64,000 nt of DNA from positions 8,341,095-8,405,094 of the forward strand of contig MU054391.1 in assembly GCA_013239625.1 (NCBI GenBank), in the 5' to 3' direction. Origin of the DNA: Lama guanicoe. Its lineage: Eukaryota. Shown here piece by piece: positions 38,354 to 51,328 of the stretch. The notes under the pieces were generated by a model. That model saw only the letters and a list, made by a program, of their open reading frames with translations, ran no database searches and was not told the DNA's origin. Made by a program: the position numbers and the translations under genes. Position 1 is the stretch's first letter. Every line of letters begins with the position of its first letter.

Positions 38354-38903
38354 CAGTTGTTTTCAAACTTTGGTGTCTTTAACATCTTAGTACTTCTTTT
38401 TTTTTCATGGCACATCTTAGGTCAAAGAAGTACCTAACAGTTCCATTTATTTATTAAAAAGTTTCAAAAATGTAGTGAGTATTTATATCCCAATAGCTAA
38501 GTAGGGTTCTAAAAAATTATTTGTCATATGAGAAGAATTTCATTCTTAAATAATCATAATTACTGATACTAAATGTGCCTTTTGGGCTCTGTACTCTCTC
38601 TCAAGCCTTGGAATCAGATTAGACACCATCATCTTTATTTGCTATTCCACTCTGGTTTTCTTGCTTTATATTGGTACTCGCTTATTATTATAGCAACCAG
38701 TGAAAACCCAGCTTCACAAAGCTATGGCATCACTGAAAAATATCCAATTGGATCCAATGTTGAAACTATGAAGTATCTCAAACTAGCGTAGTTCCTAATA
38801 GATATTGAATATCTCTCCCTTTTTCTCAAAACAATTAAATTGTCCCTCAGAGTCCTCTCTGTGGTTCTCTGGGATGCCTCAAATATCATTTTGGAATTGT
38901 AGA
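38354..38903. mobile_element. hAT-Charlie non-autonomous element (MER119-like) with transposase C-terminal remnant
   Basis: Starts cagttgttttcaaact. Minus strand 38575-38722 translates, with a frameshift and stop, to LCEAGFSLVAII...MVSNLIPRLE, the hAT dimerization-domain motif of Charlie/Buster transposases. Confidence 0.8.
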
Positions 38904-39679
38904 TTTGCACACATATTAACAATATTTAAAAAGCTAATATCTACTCTGCTTTCAGAAACATGTTTGGATTTAAAGAAATTAGATGATCCTTCCATAGAAG
39001 TGGTTTAAGTCCTAGAGCTAAAAGAATCCCCGAATTGTATCTAATTCAATTAACTTGCTTCACAGATGAAGCCATTAAAACAAGTAGATTACAACACTTA
39101 CCAAAGGACACAGAGCTAATTAACAGAATACCACTGTTATATCATTTTTGATGTTTAATTACAAAGTTCTGTTGACTTATCACCCTTCGTCATTGAGAAA
39201 AAGGAATGTCTTTAGCCTTTCATCTCCTAGTCTTGCAAGAGTGGGGAATATGTTCAATAAATGTCCCCTTAGCTTATTTAAAAGTCCAGATAGGTATGCA
39301 TGGTAATTCAGGTCTGATTCTTTTTTTCACATAATGATACGTTTGAGAATTGATTCTTACAGTCACATGATGCAAAATACAAAGTTTAATTCACTCACTA
39401 GTTGGATACAAAAGCAGTAGTACCCTTGCTTCTTGAAACCAAATCTTTAAAACTATTCATATGTTATTAGAATAGCTTTCAGCGTAACAACTCTGATCTA
39501 TATTTATCTTAATCTCACCAATTTTTGCCTTATTAAGCAACTTAAAATTTTGATTATTTCAAATATATTCAACTATTTGTTCTTATGGCACTCAGACACA
39601 AAACACTGAAATAAAACCAAGGAATTGGTTATAAAAATAATTGACTATTAAATAACTCAAGATTAACACAGAACTGCAT

Positions 39680-40070
39680 GTATTATTTTATTGATATGCT
39701 ACTTTATTCAGCCTACCAATTTACTCAAAATGTTCTTAATTGCCATATGCTGTGGTAGCTTCCAGGAATTCAATGCAGCACAAAATGCCTATTGTTAGTA
39801 GTTCAAAATCTAGTAAAATACAAAGAAACATAAACAAGGAGCTCTAATAAAATATGGTGAATAATATAGCAAAACAATCATAACATTAAAGACAAAAAAA
39901 CACAATTTATTCTATCTATACAGGTCAGAAAAGAATTCAGAAAGGAGGGGACAATTGAACCAAGGGAGAAAGTTTGGCCAGGATGAAGAAGTCTGAGCAT
40001 AAAGAATCCTAAACTTGTAGGAAATTTCTCGGAGGGAACTCATAGCTAGGTGTGTTGCAGTTTGGAAAGG
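39680..40070 (-). mobile_element. LINE-2 3' fragment
   Basis: ttattcagcctacc..catatgctgtggtagcttccaggaattcaatgcag..caggtcagaaaagaattcagaaaggaggggacaattgaac. Confidence 0.55.
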
Positions 40071-40489
40071 AGGAGAGAGAAACACAGAATATTATTGTGG
40101 GAAGGAACAACTGAGGAAGCTGAGTCTCAGAGGGGCTACTGACTCATATTACCTGGGAGGGACTCACAGTCTCACACTCAGACCCCCATAACACTCGATA
40201 AAAAGTGTTTCCTTCAGAGTAAGTATTCAGCCATGGTTCTAACTCACATCTTCAGGATATGTCACAGGCACCTGTGTCTGAACTCTAATGATCATCTGAT
40301 CCTGGAGTCTTACTTACTTTCTCCGATCTTTTAGATTCCCATCATAAAAATGTGGGTAATATAAATTAAAATCCAATAACCAGAAGAAGTGATAATTAAC
40401 ATCACTGAGAGAAGATAACGAAGTTCAAGTTGAAATGATTGTATTGTGCTTTTAGTAGGGACTGCAGAAAACTGGACAGTTCATTCTCT

Positions 40490-40640
40490 ACCTAAAGGGA
40501 CATCCAATGTTTAGTCCAGGTTCAGTTGGAAAAATGTCATGCTAAAATGTAGCCCAAAGTTTTGTTAGAGCTTCCACTTTTTCAAGAAAAGCTAGAAATC
40601 TGGATCTTTAAATGCAAAATCTTCAATTTTTCAAGTGCTT
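40490..40640. mobile_element. hAT-Charlie MITE fragment (MER102-like)
   Basis: cttccactttttcaagaaaagctagaaatctggatctttaaatgcaaaatcttcaattttt. Confidence 0.45.
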
Positions 40641-41509
40641 TCTTTCAGCATTAATCATGTACCTTGTGTTCTCCCTGCATCAACAGGCATTCAATTTCAT
40701 GGCTATTCTGGAGCAGTACTAGAGGAGTGTTTTATTTTTACGACAAGCTATAGAAACTTTCCATAATTTTAACAGTCTTTACACTGCTTGTGTTCACATA
40801 AATGACCTGCCTCTAATGCTCCTGCCAGCTAGCTAAAATAGCCTTAGGAAAATGCACATCACTCACACAGCTTACCTACGGGTATCTCAAGGGAAAAAGG
40901 ATGGGTTGAACCGAGTTGTCCTGGTTATTTCACAGACAGTTGAAAACAGAGTAGATTCTGGGACCTTTGCATACTAATTAGCCTCAAAGATAACAAATAA
41001 GATAAAAGACTTTCCTCTCTTTTCAGCATTATGAACTTTCTGGGCTCCGGGCATTGGGTGACCTGCTTGGCCAGGACCACAGCTAGAGGATGCAGTAACA
41101 AAGTGAAGGAGAAAGGAAGGAAGATTTCCCAAGAGGCAGAATTCCATGGAGAAAGCCCCTGAGGCACTTAGGGAAACAAATTAATCTGCACCTGGGACTG
41201 TGCAGCTTCGTCCAAGCCTGGCACTTGACTCAAATCACCCTAGGCTGACACTGGGCATTTGCCATCATCTGCCCTCTGCTTCACTACCCTCCTGACTTTG
41301 ACCATCTTTCTTCACTACTTTTATTTCTCTCTTGCCTATTTTCTTTTTAAGTAAAAACTTCATCCAGTTGGGTCTTTAGACAAAGACAACTGTTAAACCC
41401 TAACAAGAATTAATAGCAAAGGCAATTATGGCACCATATTTTTGACACTGTTCTGATGAGCGTTTAGGTTTGTGTCTTTATTGTCCTTATTTCTTCAAGG
41501 CTGCTCAGC

Positions 41510-41690
41510 TGGCAGAGTGGGGAAAGCACTGAGTTAGCACTTGGACACTTGGGTTGAATCCCTGTAATGAAGTGACATTAGGAACTATTTAACTTGTCTG
41601 AAAGTTGGGCTTTTCATCTCTAAAGTACCATAACTCTCTCGTCCTTGTATTTCACTGAAGATTAACATAATTAATTTAGATTAAATCACT
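41510..41690 (+). mobile_element. MIR SINE
   Basis: agagtggggaaagcactg..cttgggttgaatcc..gtgacattaggaactatttaacttgtctga..ttttcatctctaaa. Confidence 0.55.
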
Positions 41691-41732
41691 CCTATTCTTC
41701 CCCTCCCCTGAAACCGATTTGAATTACAGTAA

Positions 41733-41776
41733 ACGTGCGCGCGCACCTGCGCACACGCGCGCACACACACACACAC
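41733..41776. repeat. Compound (GC)n/(CA)n alternating purine-pyrimidine tract
   Basis: acgtgcgcgcgcacctgcgcacacgcgcgcacacacacacacac read directly. Confidence 0.9.
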
Positions 41777-44700
41777 TCAGCTTATAAAAAGTAAAAAGGA
41801 TAAACAAATGTATTCCATGCAAAAGCTAATCACACGATTACAGTCTGGATCGGGGAACTCTAACAATGATCTTAAACAAGCCCACCTGAATCCACATAGC
41901 TACTCAGAGCTGTTAAATTCTGCTCGGAATAGTCTAAGGTGCAAGGTGAAAAGGAGGGTATGGTTACTAGCACAACTTTTCCTTCTCACAGTTGAAGAAT
42001 GCTCCTAGTTTTCTTTTGAAGAAGCAAAATTCAGAATTTTCCTGTAATCTTTCTAAACGAAATAGTCTCTGCTGAGGCCTTAAGGTAGTTTACAATGTCT
42101 GATGTTCAACCCTATTTAAAAGTAAGTCCAGTGGAATCACATCATATCTGTCATTATCATTTATCTGTATTTGCATTATTTACCTATCAGAGAATTGCAG
42201 GCTGACTCAGATACGGGGATTATCTCAGGTCCTAACTATGTTAGGTTATTTATTTTCTCGCTGGAATTGTGAGATACAAACTAATGATAGTATGACTGAG
42301 GAATATTATTTTGTGGGGGAAGGGCAGAAAGGAGGATTTAACATGCTTCAAATATTCCTCAGTCTTTGATATGTAATCAGTGCCTGCAACAGTGGACTTT
42401 GTCATTTGCTACATGGACAACAGCTTTAGTGAGCATTCTGAATTAAGCTTTACTTTAGTAAAGAAGGATTTCATTAAACTTGTTTCCAAAAATGTTAATG
42501 CAAAGCAGTTGTGCAAAATATTTAAATTAAAATATGGCGTGATTATGGAGGCATTTATTCCCATGGTCTGTTAGACCAGCATCTAGCACTGTTGTAACTC
42601 CCAGGAGAGCAGAGGCCTGGTGAAAGCTGATGCAGACTCACCAAGAGGAAGGAAGTAACAATTGCAATCATTCCTTTACAGATTCAGTACAAGGGGAAAA
42701 AAAATACAAAGACTACCATTCTTTATACTGAGTTCCTTTTATATACAGTTATTCTTGACAATCTGAATGAAGATTAAAATCCATTAAAAGAATAAATATT
42801 CAGCAGGAGGAGAGCTCAGACATTCACAAGACAGAGCAGCAAGCAATGATTCTCTTACCAAAAGGAGACATATCATTCAGCAGTTTCTGAGAGTTTGCCT
42901 TCAATGGCACCAAAATAATGAAAAACCCATTTCAGTGAAGTGAAATTAAAACCTACTGAATACCGCAGTCTTGAATTTGATTCCAAAACATTTTTAAAGC
43001 TATAATACTCGACTTAAGATGCTCCTAAAACTTACTGCCTCATTTCTGTAAAGTAGTTTAGTTTTCGAGGGAAAATAATTGCTATATGCAAAGAAACTGG
43101 CTTGGTTTCTGCAGAATAAGTTTGTTTCTCTATATATGAATTAATATCTATATGTTATGTATATATTTTTTGCCACATAAACTTTTTTTCCTACGTACAA
43201 AAGCACTTTGCCAAGGAAAATAGTGAAAACATCACATTCTCTTTGGTTCCTAAGAAAAAAGAATGGAGAACTGAGTAGGACCCCTATTTTCTTTTTCTGT
43301 TGGATTCCATGTCTTGTTCATGGACTTTTTCAGTTACGATTCCCTCTATTGAAACATTCACACTAACTGGATGGAATCCTTTCCTTCTTCAAAATTCCCT
43401 AGATTTTCCTAGTGATTATTCCAAACAGCTTCTTTATACATCTAATCATGGCTCTCTATGGGCAAAGCTTACTCCTGGAGAGGTAAGTCTCTTGAAGGCA
43501 GAGATTGGATCCACTGTGGACCAGAAGTATGCCTCTTGCCTGTCAGGTGCAGAGGTAACCGGTGCAATCAAACTTGGAATGAAGAGAAACCTATCTTCCA
43601 CCCGACCTAGTTGTCAAATGAGAAGTTTTCAACTTAAAAGGGTACTAACAAGCTTTCTTTGACCCCAATGGCCCCTGTGTCCTTATTCTGCCTGCCCCAG
43701 CATGACGAATGCTAAGTATCAGAAAGGCTCAACTACCCCAAAACAAAGACGCTTTAACATCTTCTACATTTAAAAACTGACATTCAAACACCCATTTTCC
43801 CAGTTAAGAGGAAGTTTTTATTCTCTCAAGAAAACGTTAAATCAACCCATTTCCGTAAGTGCTTTGGCTGTTGCTACAAGGTGCCATTTAAAGGACTGTT
43901 TCCACACAGTCTGACTAATGCCGTCTGTGACAATAACAGTTTTGCAAAAACAAACTCCTCTTGGCAACATCACGCTGCGTCTTGTCAGGCTTCACAGGTA
44001 TAGCTCTTTCCATTGACTCTGCTCAGCCCCCTTCGCCATTTCTCGTTTAACTTTCACAGGCTCTCACCAGCCATCTTTCACCAAGCCTCTGTGTCCAGCA
44101 CAGGTACCAGTTCAGATTTCTCTCTTATGGAGTTCTGTTTTCAGACCCTTGTTATCTTTTTCTTCCCAGCAGATCAATTATAGGGTCACTCAGTTCATAC
44201 AAATAGCTTTCCTCACCTGGGACTGGCATCCTGTGACCTTCCTTCCTGGAAGTCAGGGTGCTCTGTATATGAATGGTTCATTTCCTCTCAACAGTACCTG
44301 TGCCCAGGGCTCTTGGGAATGGCAGGCAGTTTTCTCCAAGCCACAGCAAATCAGTTACACCCTTCCACCCAAGCAACTGCTTATCTACGCAACTTATATT
44401 TGCATACTGATAAAGTAAAAGCCCCCTAACTGACTCCTCCCATAATCACGGAAAGCTCCTTCAAGGTGACTGCTGTCTCCCAACTGTGCACACAGAAGTG
44501 ATGAGCAGGGTTATTGTTTATTCTTAATCACAAATGGCAGTTTCAAAGACATAATCCTCCTTAATGCCCACTGTGCAAAAACAGCAAAGAACAACACTGG
44601 GGCTTATGCAAAAAGTACATGTGACATAAGTGTCCCCTTATTACCAGTAGAACGATGGTTTTCCAAATCTGTCTCTGACATTCTCTCTGTGACTTACTGC

Positions 44701-45261
44701 AGCTGGTCTCTCTGGTCATTAGTGTTTACGTCTACCATAGAGAGAACCGCAACACAGCTTAACAAAACTTTTTTTATGACTCATCTAATGCATGTTTGTT
44801 CTTATTCATCAGCAACATAAAGTTTTTGTCCTCTAAATGTTCAAAATATGTTGGTTGAAAAGACGGTCACATATAGACTGAACAACAAACAAATCAAAAC
44901 ATGATTACCACAACAGAATTACAGATAAAGTACAATGGGAATACCATGAAGTTGGAGTTTAGCTCAGGGAAACAACATTGTGATCAAATAATAGATCTGG
45001 GGAGCAACAAATGTGATGTTTTCAGTCAGGGCTTTCTGGGTTCAACCCTGAGCTCTTTCCACTACCGCACTGCAATCCACGGGAACTGCATAAAGATCAA
45101 ACTAAATATCGCTTATGACAGGAAATTTCAAAATAAAAATTGTTTTTAACATTTCATGTATAAATGCTACTAATTATAATACTTTTGATACATTTTGTGT
45201 CCCTCACAGCTCTATTATATACTCTGATCTGCATGTCACCGGGGGAAAAATGTGTTATTTC

Positions 45262-45445
45262 CAATGCAGTGGGAAAAAAACATGGGCTTTGGAGTAGATT
45301 GCTAGCTATTTAAGCTCCCTGAGCTTCAATTTCCTCATCTGTAAAAAGCTTTGCAACATTCAGAGAGAAATTAAATGAAAAAGTGAAGGTAAAATGCCCA
45401 GCATACTATTTGCACAACTTGCCACTCTAGAAAGGTCAGTTATCT
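45262..45445 (+). mobile_element. MIR SINE
   Basis: catgggctttggagtaga..ctgagcttcaatttcctcatctgtaaaa..ttaaatgaaaaagtgaaggtaaaatgcccagcata. Confidence 0.7.
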
Positions 45446-48400
45446 CTCCTTAAGTTAAGAGAAAATGTTCCTCTAAGTCAGTGTTGCAGAATATTAGAAC
45501 CGGCAAGGACTTTAGTAATAATCTAGTTTAATGCCTTATTTTTCCAGAGGTGTATGATAAATCCAATAGATTTGATTTTTACTTTCCAAAGGTCACACAG
45601 ACAGATTTAAAAAGATAATTTTCTAACATATTGGAGAACCCTTTCTGTACCCAGAGAAGGGCTGCAATGCTTAATAACAACGCTGGCCTGGATTTTAGAA
45701 AATCCATTTAACATCACACCTAAAATGTGAGACAGGCTGAAAAGATGCCATTAATAACATCACTGGAACTGCTTTCATTATAAACAGTACTGCCTGTATT
45801 CTTATTCTTCTCCAAGGCACTGTAATTGTGCAAAGAAAGTTGAAATGGTAGTGCAGAACAGAAATATATTTTATAAAATAAATAATTGTAAAAGGTGATT
45901 TTAAATACATTTTTCATCATGAGGCTGATGCTTAATTTTTTATACGTAATTTTGAAAATTATCTGATTTGACAAATATCTTCATGTTCCAGAAAACCAAG
46001 TAACTAATTTTTATCATAATACTGCATTATAACTTAACTTCAACTAAATCAAGTTAAATCCATGTTTAAGTCTTTCTTTCCCTTCAAGCTTAATCTAGGA
46101 AGCAGAGAAGGAAAGAGGAAACCATCTGTCGCAGAATTACTACAGAAATGGCAGTTAATTTTGTTTGATTGTCAAGTTTATTGATTATGAGTTTTGCCTT
46201 TTGTGAAGCTGTGATACTTTTCAGTGAAAATAATTAGGAAATCTTTGTTTCATTTTGGTAAAATTGCCAGAATCATTCTTTGTTTACACAAATAAAGGAA
46301 ATAAGAATGAACCTAGTATTTTTCAGAAAGCTGGTAACCAAGGGTTTTGCCTAAAAAGCCCTAACTACAGCTTAAGACTTAGTTCGTTGATGTGCAGAAC
46401 TTCAGTTGGTCATACATTAGAAAATTTTTTGCAGACTCCAAAAGTATTTTCGGAGGGATGGACCCAAAGCCCTCATAATCTTCCCACGTGGTAACATGTG
46501 TGGTAACTTTTGTGATCTAACCTAGTCACATCTAAGGCACAGAGTAACCACTTTGGAAAATTCGGTTCTTTCCCCTGCATCTCCGGACTCTACTGTTCCA
46601 TGATCTCCAACGTGGATGTTGTAACTTTAACTTCTCTGTGCCAAGGGCTTCTGACCCTGCTTACCCAGGTCTTCACATAGCCTTAATTCCAACTTGCCAG
46701 CTTTGGTACATATTTTTCAATTTTAACGTTTTATGTTAAAATTTTTCATCTTCATAATATATTCTCTGCTACCCGTGGGTTCTTACCTATTCCCTTTAAG
46801 CCTTTCTTTGGCCTCCTTAATGAAATCACCATATTCTACATCCACAAGCAAGGACTTTCTATACCTCAGTGTGAAGCTGACCTCACTGAGGAAACTTATC
46901 AGCAACTCAACACTGCGAATATAGTACCTTTATATAGTTCATTTTTTTAAAATTTCTTCCCATGACATGGAAATCAATAAAGATTAAAATTCAGAATATC
47001 TTAGAAACCGTGTACCTCCATGGATTTTACATTCTTATTGCAGAATATGTTTGTCAAATGCTCCTTTTATGTAATTTTATGCATTTTATACATAAATGTG
47101 CATAATAGAGAACTTTTTAATAAACAAAATAATTTTACATAACAGAAAAAGGATTTTAATAATATAATAAAATTAAAATATTATATGCAATGACAAGAAT
47201 AACATTTATGTAATAAGAAACCATATAGAAAAATAAGCTCATTTTAGTGAATAATTTTGAATTCGGGGAAGGGTATTTATGAGTGTTACACTATTATAAA
47301 GCCTGTAACACACTAATTATTTCTGGGTTCCATTTTGGTTGCTCAGTATCAACAAAACTCTGATTCACACATTTAAATACACTGTAAATAGGGACAATGT
47401 TTAATTAAGCAAAGAATGCGGAAAAGACCATTCTCTTACACTCAAGAAAGAGTGTCTTACCTTGGGTTACTTTAACACAACGCCTACACTAAACTGCAGA
47501 AAACTTTAAAATGTATTTATCTGACACCTATCATGCCACATATTGGACACGTAGATGTGAACTGATAACACATAAGCTCCCCCTCCAACGGTATCTCCCA
47601 CAGCCCGTAACACAGTGATCAACAAGCCGAAAAGTCTTTGCCTGTTACTTTTTGGAAGCCTGACTCATATAATAGGTGGTGGGAAAGGAAACAAGCACGA
47701 TTTTTAAAATAATAAATAAATTTTGTGCTCCTCAATTATCATTTTAATTCTACCAATGTGCACATTGTTCTTCAAAAAAGTAGACTGTGATTAATTAGAA
47801 AATCATATTATAAAAACTAGGACAATTGCAAAACTATACTAAACAAGACAAAAAACACATAAAAAATAAGTAAAAAGCCACTAATGAAGATAAAATGAAA
47901 TTTTAAAAACACACAAATTTAATCCAAATGCAGGCAGAAAAAGGGAACTGAATAATTTTTAAAAAGTGGAATAGAAAAAAACAACTAACAAAATGGTAGA
48001 TTTTAGCCCTCAAATATTACTAAATGGATAATTATTTAATCATTTAATCATCATATGCAAAACATGAACCTTGACCCACAACCATTACATAAACAAAATT
48101 AACTTAAATTTATCATAAGCCTAAATGTAAAACCTAAAACTATAAAATGTCTAGAATCATATCCAACAGAAATATCGAGACCTGGGTTTAGACAAAAATT
48201 TCTCAAAAATCATACACACACACACACCCACCTACCCACCCACACACACAAAAAGAACAAAATGACAAACTGAACATCAACAAATTGATAACTCTGCTAT
48301 CCAAAATTCAATGATAAGAAAATAAAGGAGTAAATGACATACTGGAGAAAATGTTTGAAAAACATAATAAAAGACTTGTACGCAGAATGTATAAATAACA

Positions 48401-48561
48401 TTCAAACTCAGTAATAAAAAAAAATACAGAGGGGCAAAAATTTCAACAGACCCTTTACATATTGTGTGTGTTGTGTGTTCATATGTGTGCACTCAGCTTC
48501 ACTCACTGATGAAATGTAAATTAAAATCACAATGAGATACACTTAGTTTGAATTTGAACGG

Positions 48562-49023
48562 TGTTTCAGTTTCCTATTTTGTTAATTTGCCTTAACAAAT
48601 TAGTGCAAACTGGGCTGCTTAAAACAATAGAAATATATTATCTTACAGTTTTGGAGGCCAAAAGTCCAAAATCAAAGTGTTGGCGGGTTGCTTCCATCTA
48701 GCGGCTTTAAGGGAGAATCTGTTTTATACCTCTCGCTAACTGGTTGCCGCTAGGGGTAATTCTCGGCAGCCCTTGACTTACAGACCTTTGCTTCCATCAT
48801 TGCCTCCAACTCACATGGCCATTCTTCCTGTAAGTCTGTTTATTCCCCCTTCTCTTCTTTTATAAGGACTTACTTGGTTTTATACCCCATCCTATTCCAG
48901 AATAATCTCATTTTGAGATTCTTCCCTTATTTACATCTGCAAACACCCTTATGCTCATAAAGGTCTCTTTGTGAAGTTCCAGGTAGATATATCTTCTGAA
49001 AGCCACGATTCGATTCTCTACTA
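48562..49023 (-). mobile_element. MLT1C-like solo LTR (ERVL-MaLR)
   Basis: aaactgggctgcttaaaacaatagaaatatattatcttacagttttggaggccaaaagtccaaaatcaaagtgttgg..tacatctgcaaacaccctt. Confidence 0.85.
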
Positions 49024-49260
49024 ACTCCTAGAATACATTTTTTTAAGTGACATAATCTGGTTCCGGTGATGACATAGAGAAACTGGATCACTTAATGCAT
49101 TGCTGGTGAATATGCAAAATGGTACAGCTACTTCAGAAAATAATTCGGTAACAACACCAGCAATCCCACTGCAAAAGTATTTATCCAAAAGAAATAAAAA
49201 TTATAGTCACATAAACCCTTCATGTGAAATTTTAGAGTATGACTTTATTGGTAACTGCCC

Positions 49261-49733
49261 CGAAGGCGTTCAGAATGAGCCTTCCCAAAATACGTCACTT
49301 TGGCATGTGGACTATTTTGCGCTGAAGACAAAGCCCAAGAGACTAGGAAGAGCTTTTTATCTCTCCTTTAACTACCTGGAATAATTTAGGTAGGGGGCAT
49401 GGCTCAGAATAAAGCTATTCCCAGAGGCAACCTTTTATCTGAGTGACCTACCAGCAAAGCAGGGCAAACTACTAATTACCAACCATCTGCTCATCTTACT
49501 GTGCTGTGATTACCCTCCTGTCCTTTGAAGCCCCAGGCCCCTATCCATTCCTTAGCTCAGGATGGCACAGAAGCTCAACTGTCCTATGTGCCCTTGAGTC
49601 TCATATTTTTCAGGACTCCCATACGTAGAAAATTAAATTTATTTTTCCCGTGTTAATCTGTCTTATGCTAACTTGATTCTTAGACCAGCCACAGAACCTA
49701 GAAGGATAGAGGGAAATGTTTCCCTCCCCAACA
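49261..49733 (+). mobile_element. ERV1 solo LTR (MER34/MER39-like)
   Basis: cgaaggcgttcagaatgagccttcccaaaatacgtcactttggcatgtggactattttg ... ccagccacagaacctagaaggatagagggaaatgtttccctccccaaca. Possible TSD tgcc/cgcc. Confidence 0.8.
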
Positions 49734-50700
49734 CGCCAAACTGGAAATAAAGCAAATGTCTCTCAACTGATAGCTTCATAAGTAAAATGCAGTGCATCCT
49801 GAAATTGAAGGAATACGCCTGAGCAATAAAACAGCTAGTTTTATAATAAAAGAGCTTGTGATACATGTAACAGGTGAATCAATCTGAAGTGCATTATGCT
49901 AATGGAAAGAACCTAGACTCAAAAGACTTCACACTGTATGACTCCATTTATATGACATTCTAGAAAAGGTACCACTAGAGAAATAGAAAGCACTTCAGTG
50001 GTTTCCAGAGATGTGGGGTGAGGGTACATATTAACTACAAAATGATACTAGGGGATTTGGGGGAGTGATGCAACATGTTCCACATCCTACTGGTGGCAGT
50101 GAACAAACCTGATAACAGGTATAGAACAAAAGATCTCATTTAACTTGATCATTATGTCAACTGCAGGAAATGAGAATTTCTAACTTTGTTTCTAATATCT
50201 GAAGAGTAGGGAATCAGAAAATCACATACATTAACCAACTTTAAACATAAACTACTTCATTCCATACCCCACAGGCTTGCAATGGCTCCGTACTGCACTT
50301 AAAATGCCATTGAGGAGATGTTGTGTACTAGAACTTGGACCACAAAGGGACAGGAAAGACACTGATCTCAGTAGCATTCCAATCACAGGAGGTGGGGGCA
50401 GAAAGGGAGAAAAAGAAAAAAGAGAAAGAATACTGCCAGCTGCCCTTCGTCTAAACAGAAGGAAGTGAGTGAAATTTCCTGATTATATAAAGTTGTCTCT
50501 CCTTCAAACTCTTGTATGAATATTACTATTTTGTTTTGGACATGTTAACCTCACTTCATGTCACGTCCAGCATTAAATGAATGTTCTGTGGATTCCAACT
50601 TCAGTCGAAGTGGCAACAGATTGAAAATTCAATCACCTCAGCTTTTGGAATCATAAAGAGACAGTCTTTTGATGTAGCTGTAATTTTCTAAATTCACTCT

Positions 50701-51328
50701 TGAGATAGGAAGGGGGCAAGGCACAGCCATTCAAGGAATGCTACAGCAATTAACATCAAAATGGTGGAAGAATCAACCCCCAGTAGGCCTTGAGGTTCAG
50801 GATAGCGGAATATTTAACTTTTAGTAGATCTTGAGCTTCATTATGTGCTTATTGTAATATATTAGCATGATGAATAACGTGCCCACAGGCACCATGGCAG
50901 TTCCAAGGCTGGCCACAAAAGGTCAAAAGTGGGAACTGGCCAACTTCCTGGGAATCCCAGCCCCTTCCCCAGGCTAGTTAGACTGGTCCTTCCACTTATT
51001 TGAATATGAAGCTACCAAAGCCCACAAGAATGGACAGCACTGCCCCTCACTGCCTCTCTCTCTCTGTTTGGAGATGGCCTGCACTCTGTCTATGGAGTGT
51101 GTACCTACTTTTACTCTAATCTGAGCACCCAACTCCACACCTCGTGGCCTTTCTCTTGCCTTTCAATGTATCTCTCTGAATAAATCTACCTTTACTCAAC
51201 TGTGGCTCGCTCTTGCATTCTTTCCTGTGCAAAGCCAAGAACCCACACTTGGCGGGCATGTCCCAGGGGCTCGGCCGAGGCCTGGAACATGGCCCTCCTC
51301 ACGCCCCACATCCATTTTTCCTGCATCA
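50701..51328 (+). mobile_element. Intact MER41-like ERV1 solo LTR (628 bp)
   Basis: TG...CA termini, perfect 4-bp TSD ctct (50697-50700, 51329-51332), AATAAA at 51179. MER41 hallmarks: tgagatagga, cccacaggcaccatggcagtt, ctctgtctatggagt, attctttcctgtgcaaagccaagaaccc. Confidence 0.85.

Larger units (their letters stand above)
47770..50140 (+). mobile_element. Old L1 (L1ME/L1MC-like) ORF2 pieces and 3' UTR, with two nested LTRs
   Basis: cctaaatgtaaaacctaaaactataaaa, aaattaaaatcacaatgagatac, cattgctggtgaatatgcaaaatggtacagc, actgtatgactccatttatatgacattctagaaaagg. Confidence 0.85.

Noticed and set aside
44060..44103. Micro-exon (tttcacag|...cag|gtacca)
   Set aside because: Weak donor, no partner exons and no recognisable peptide.
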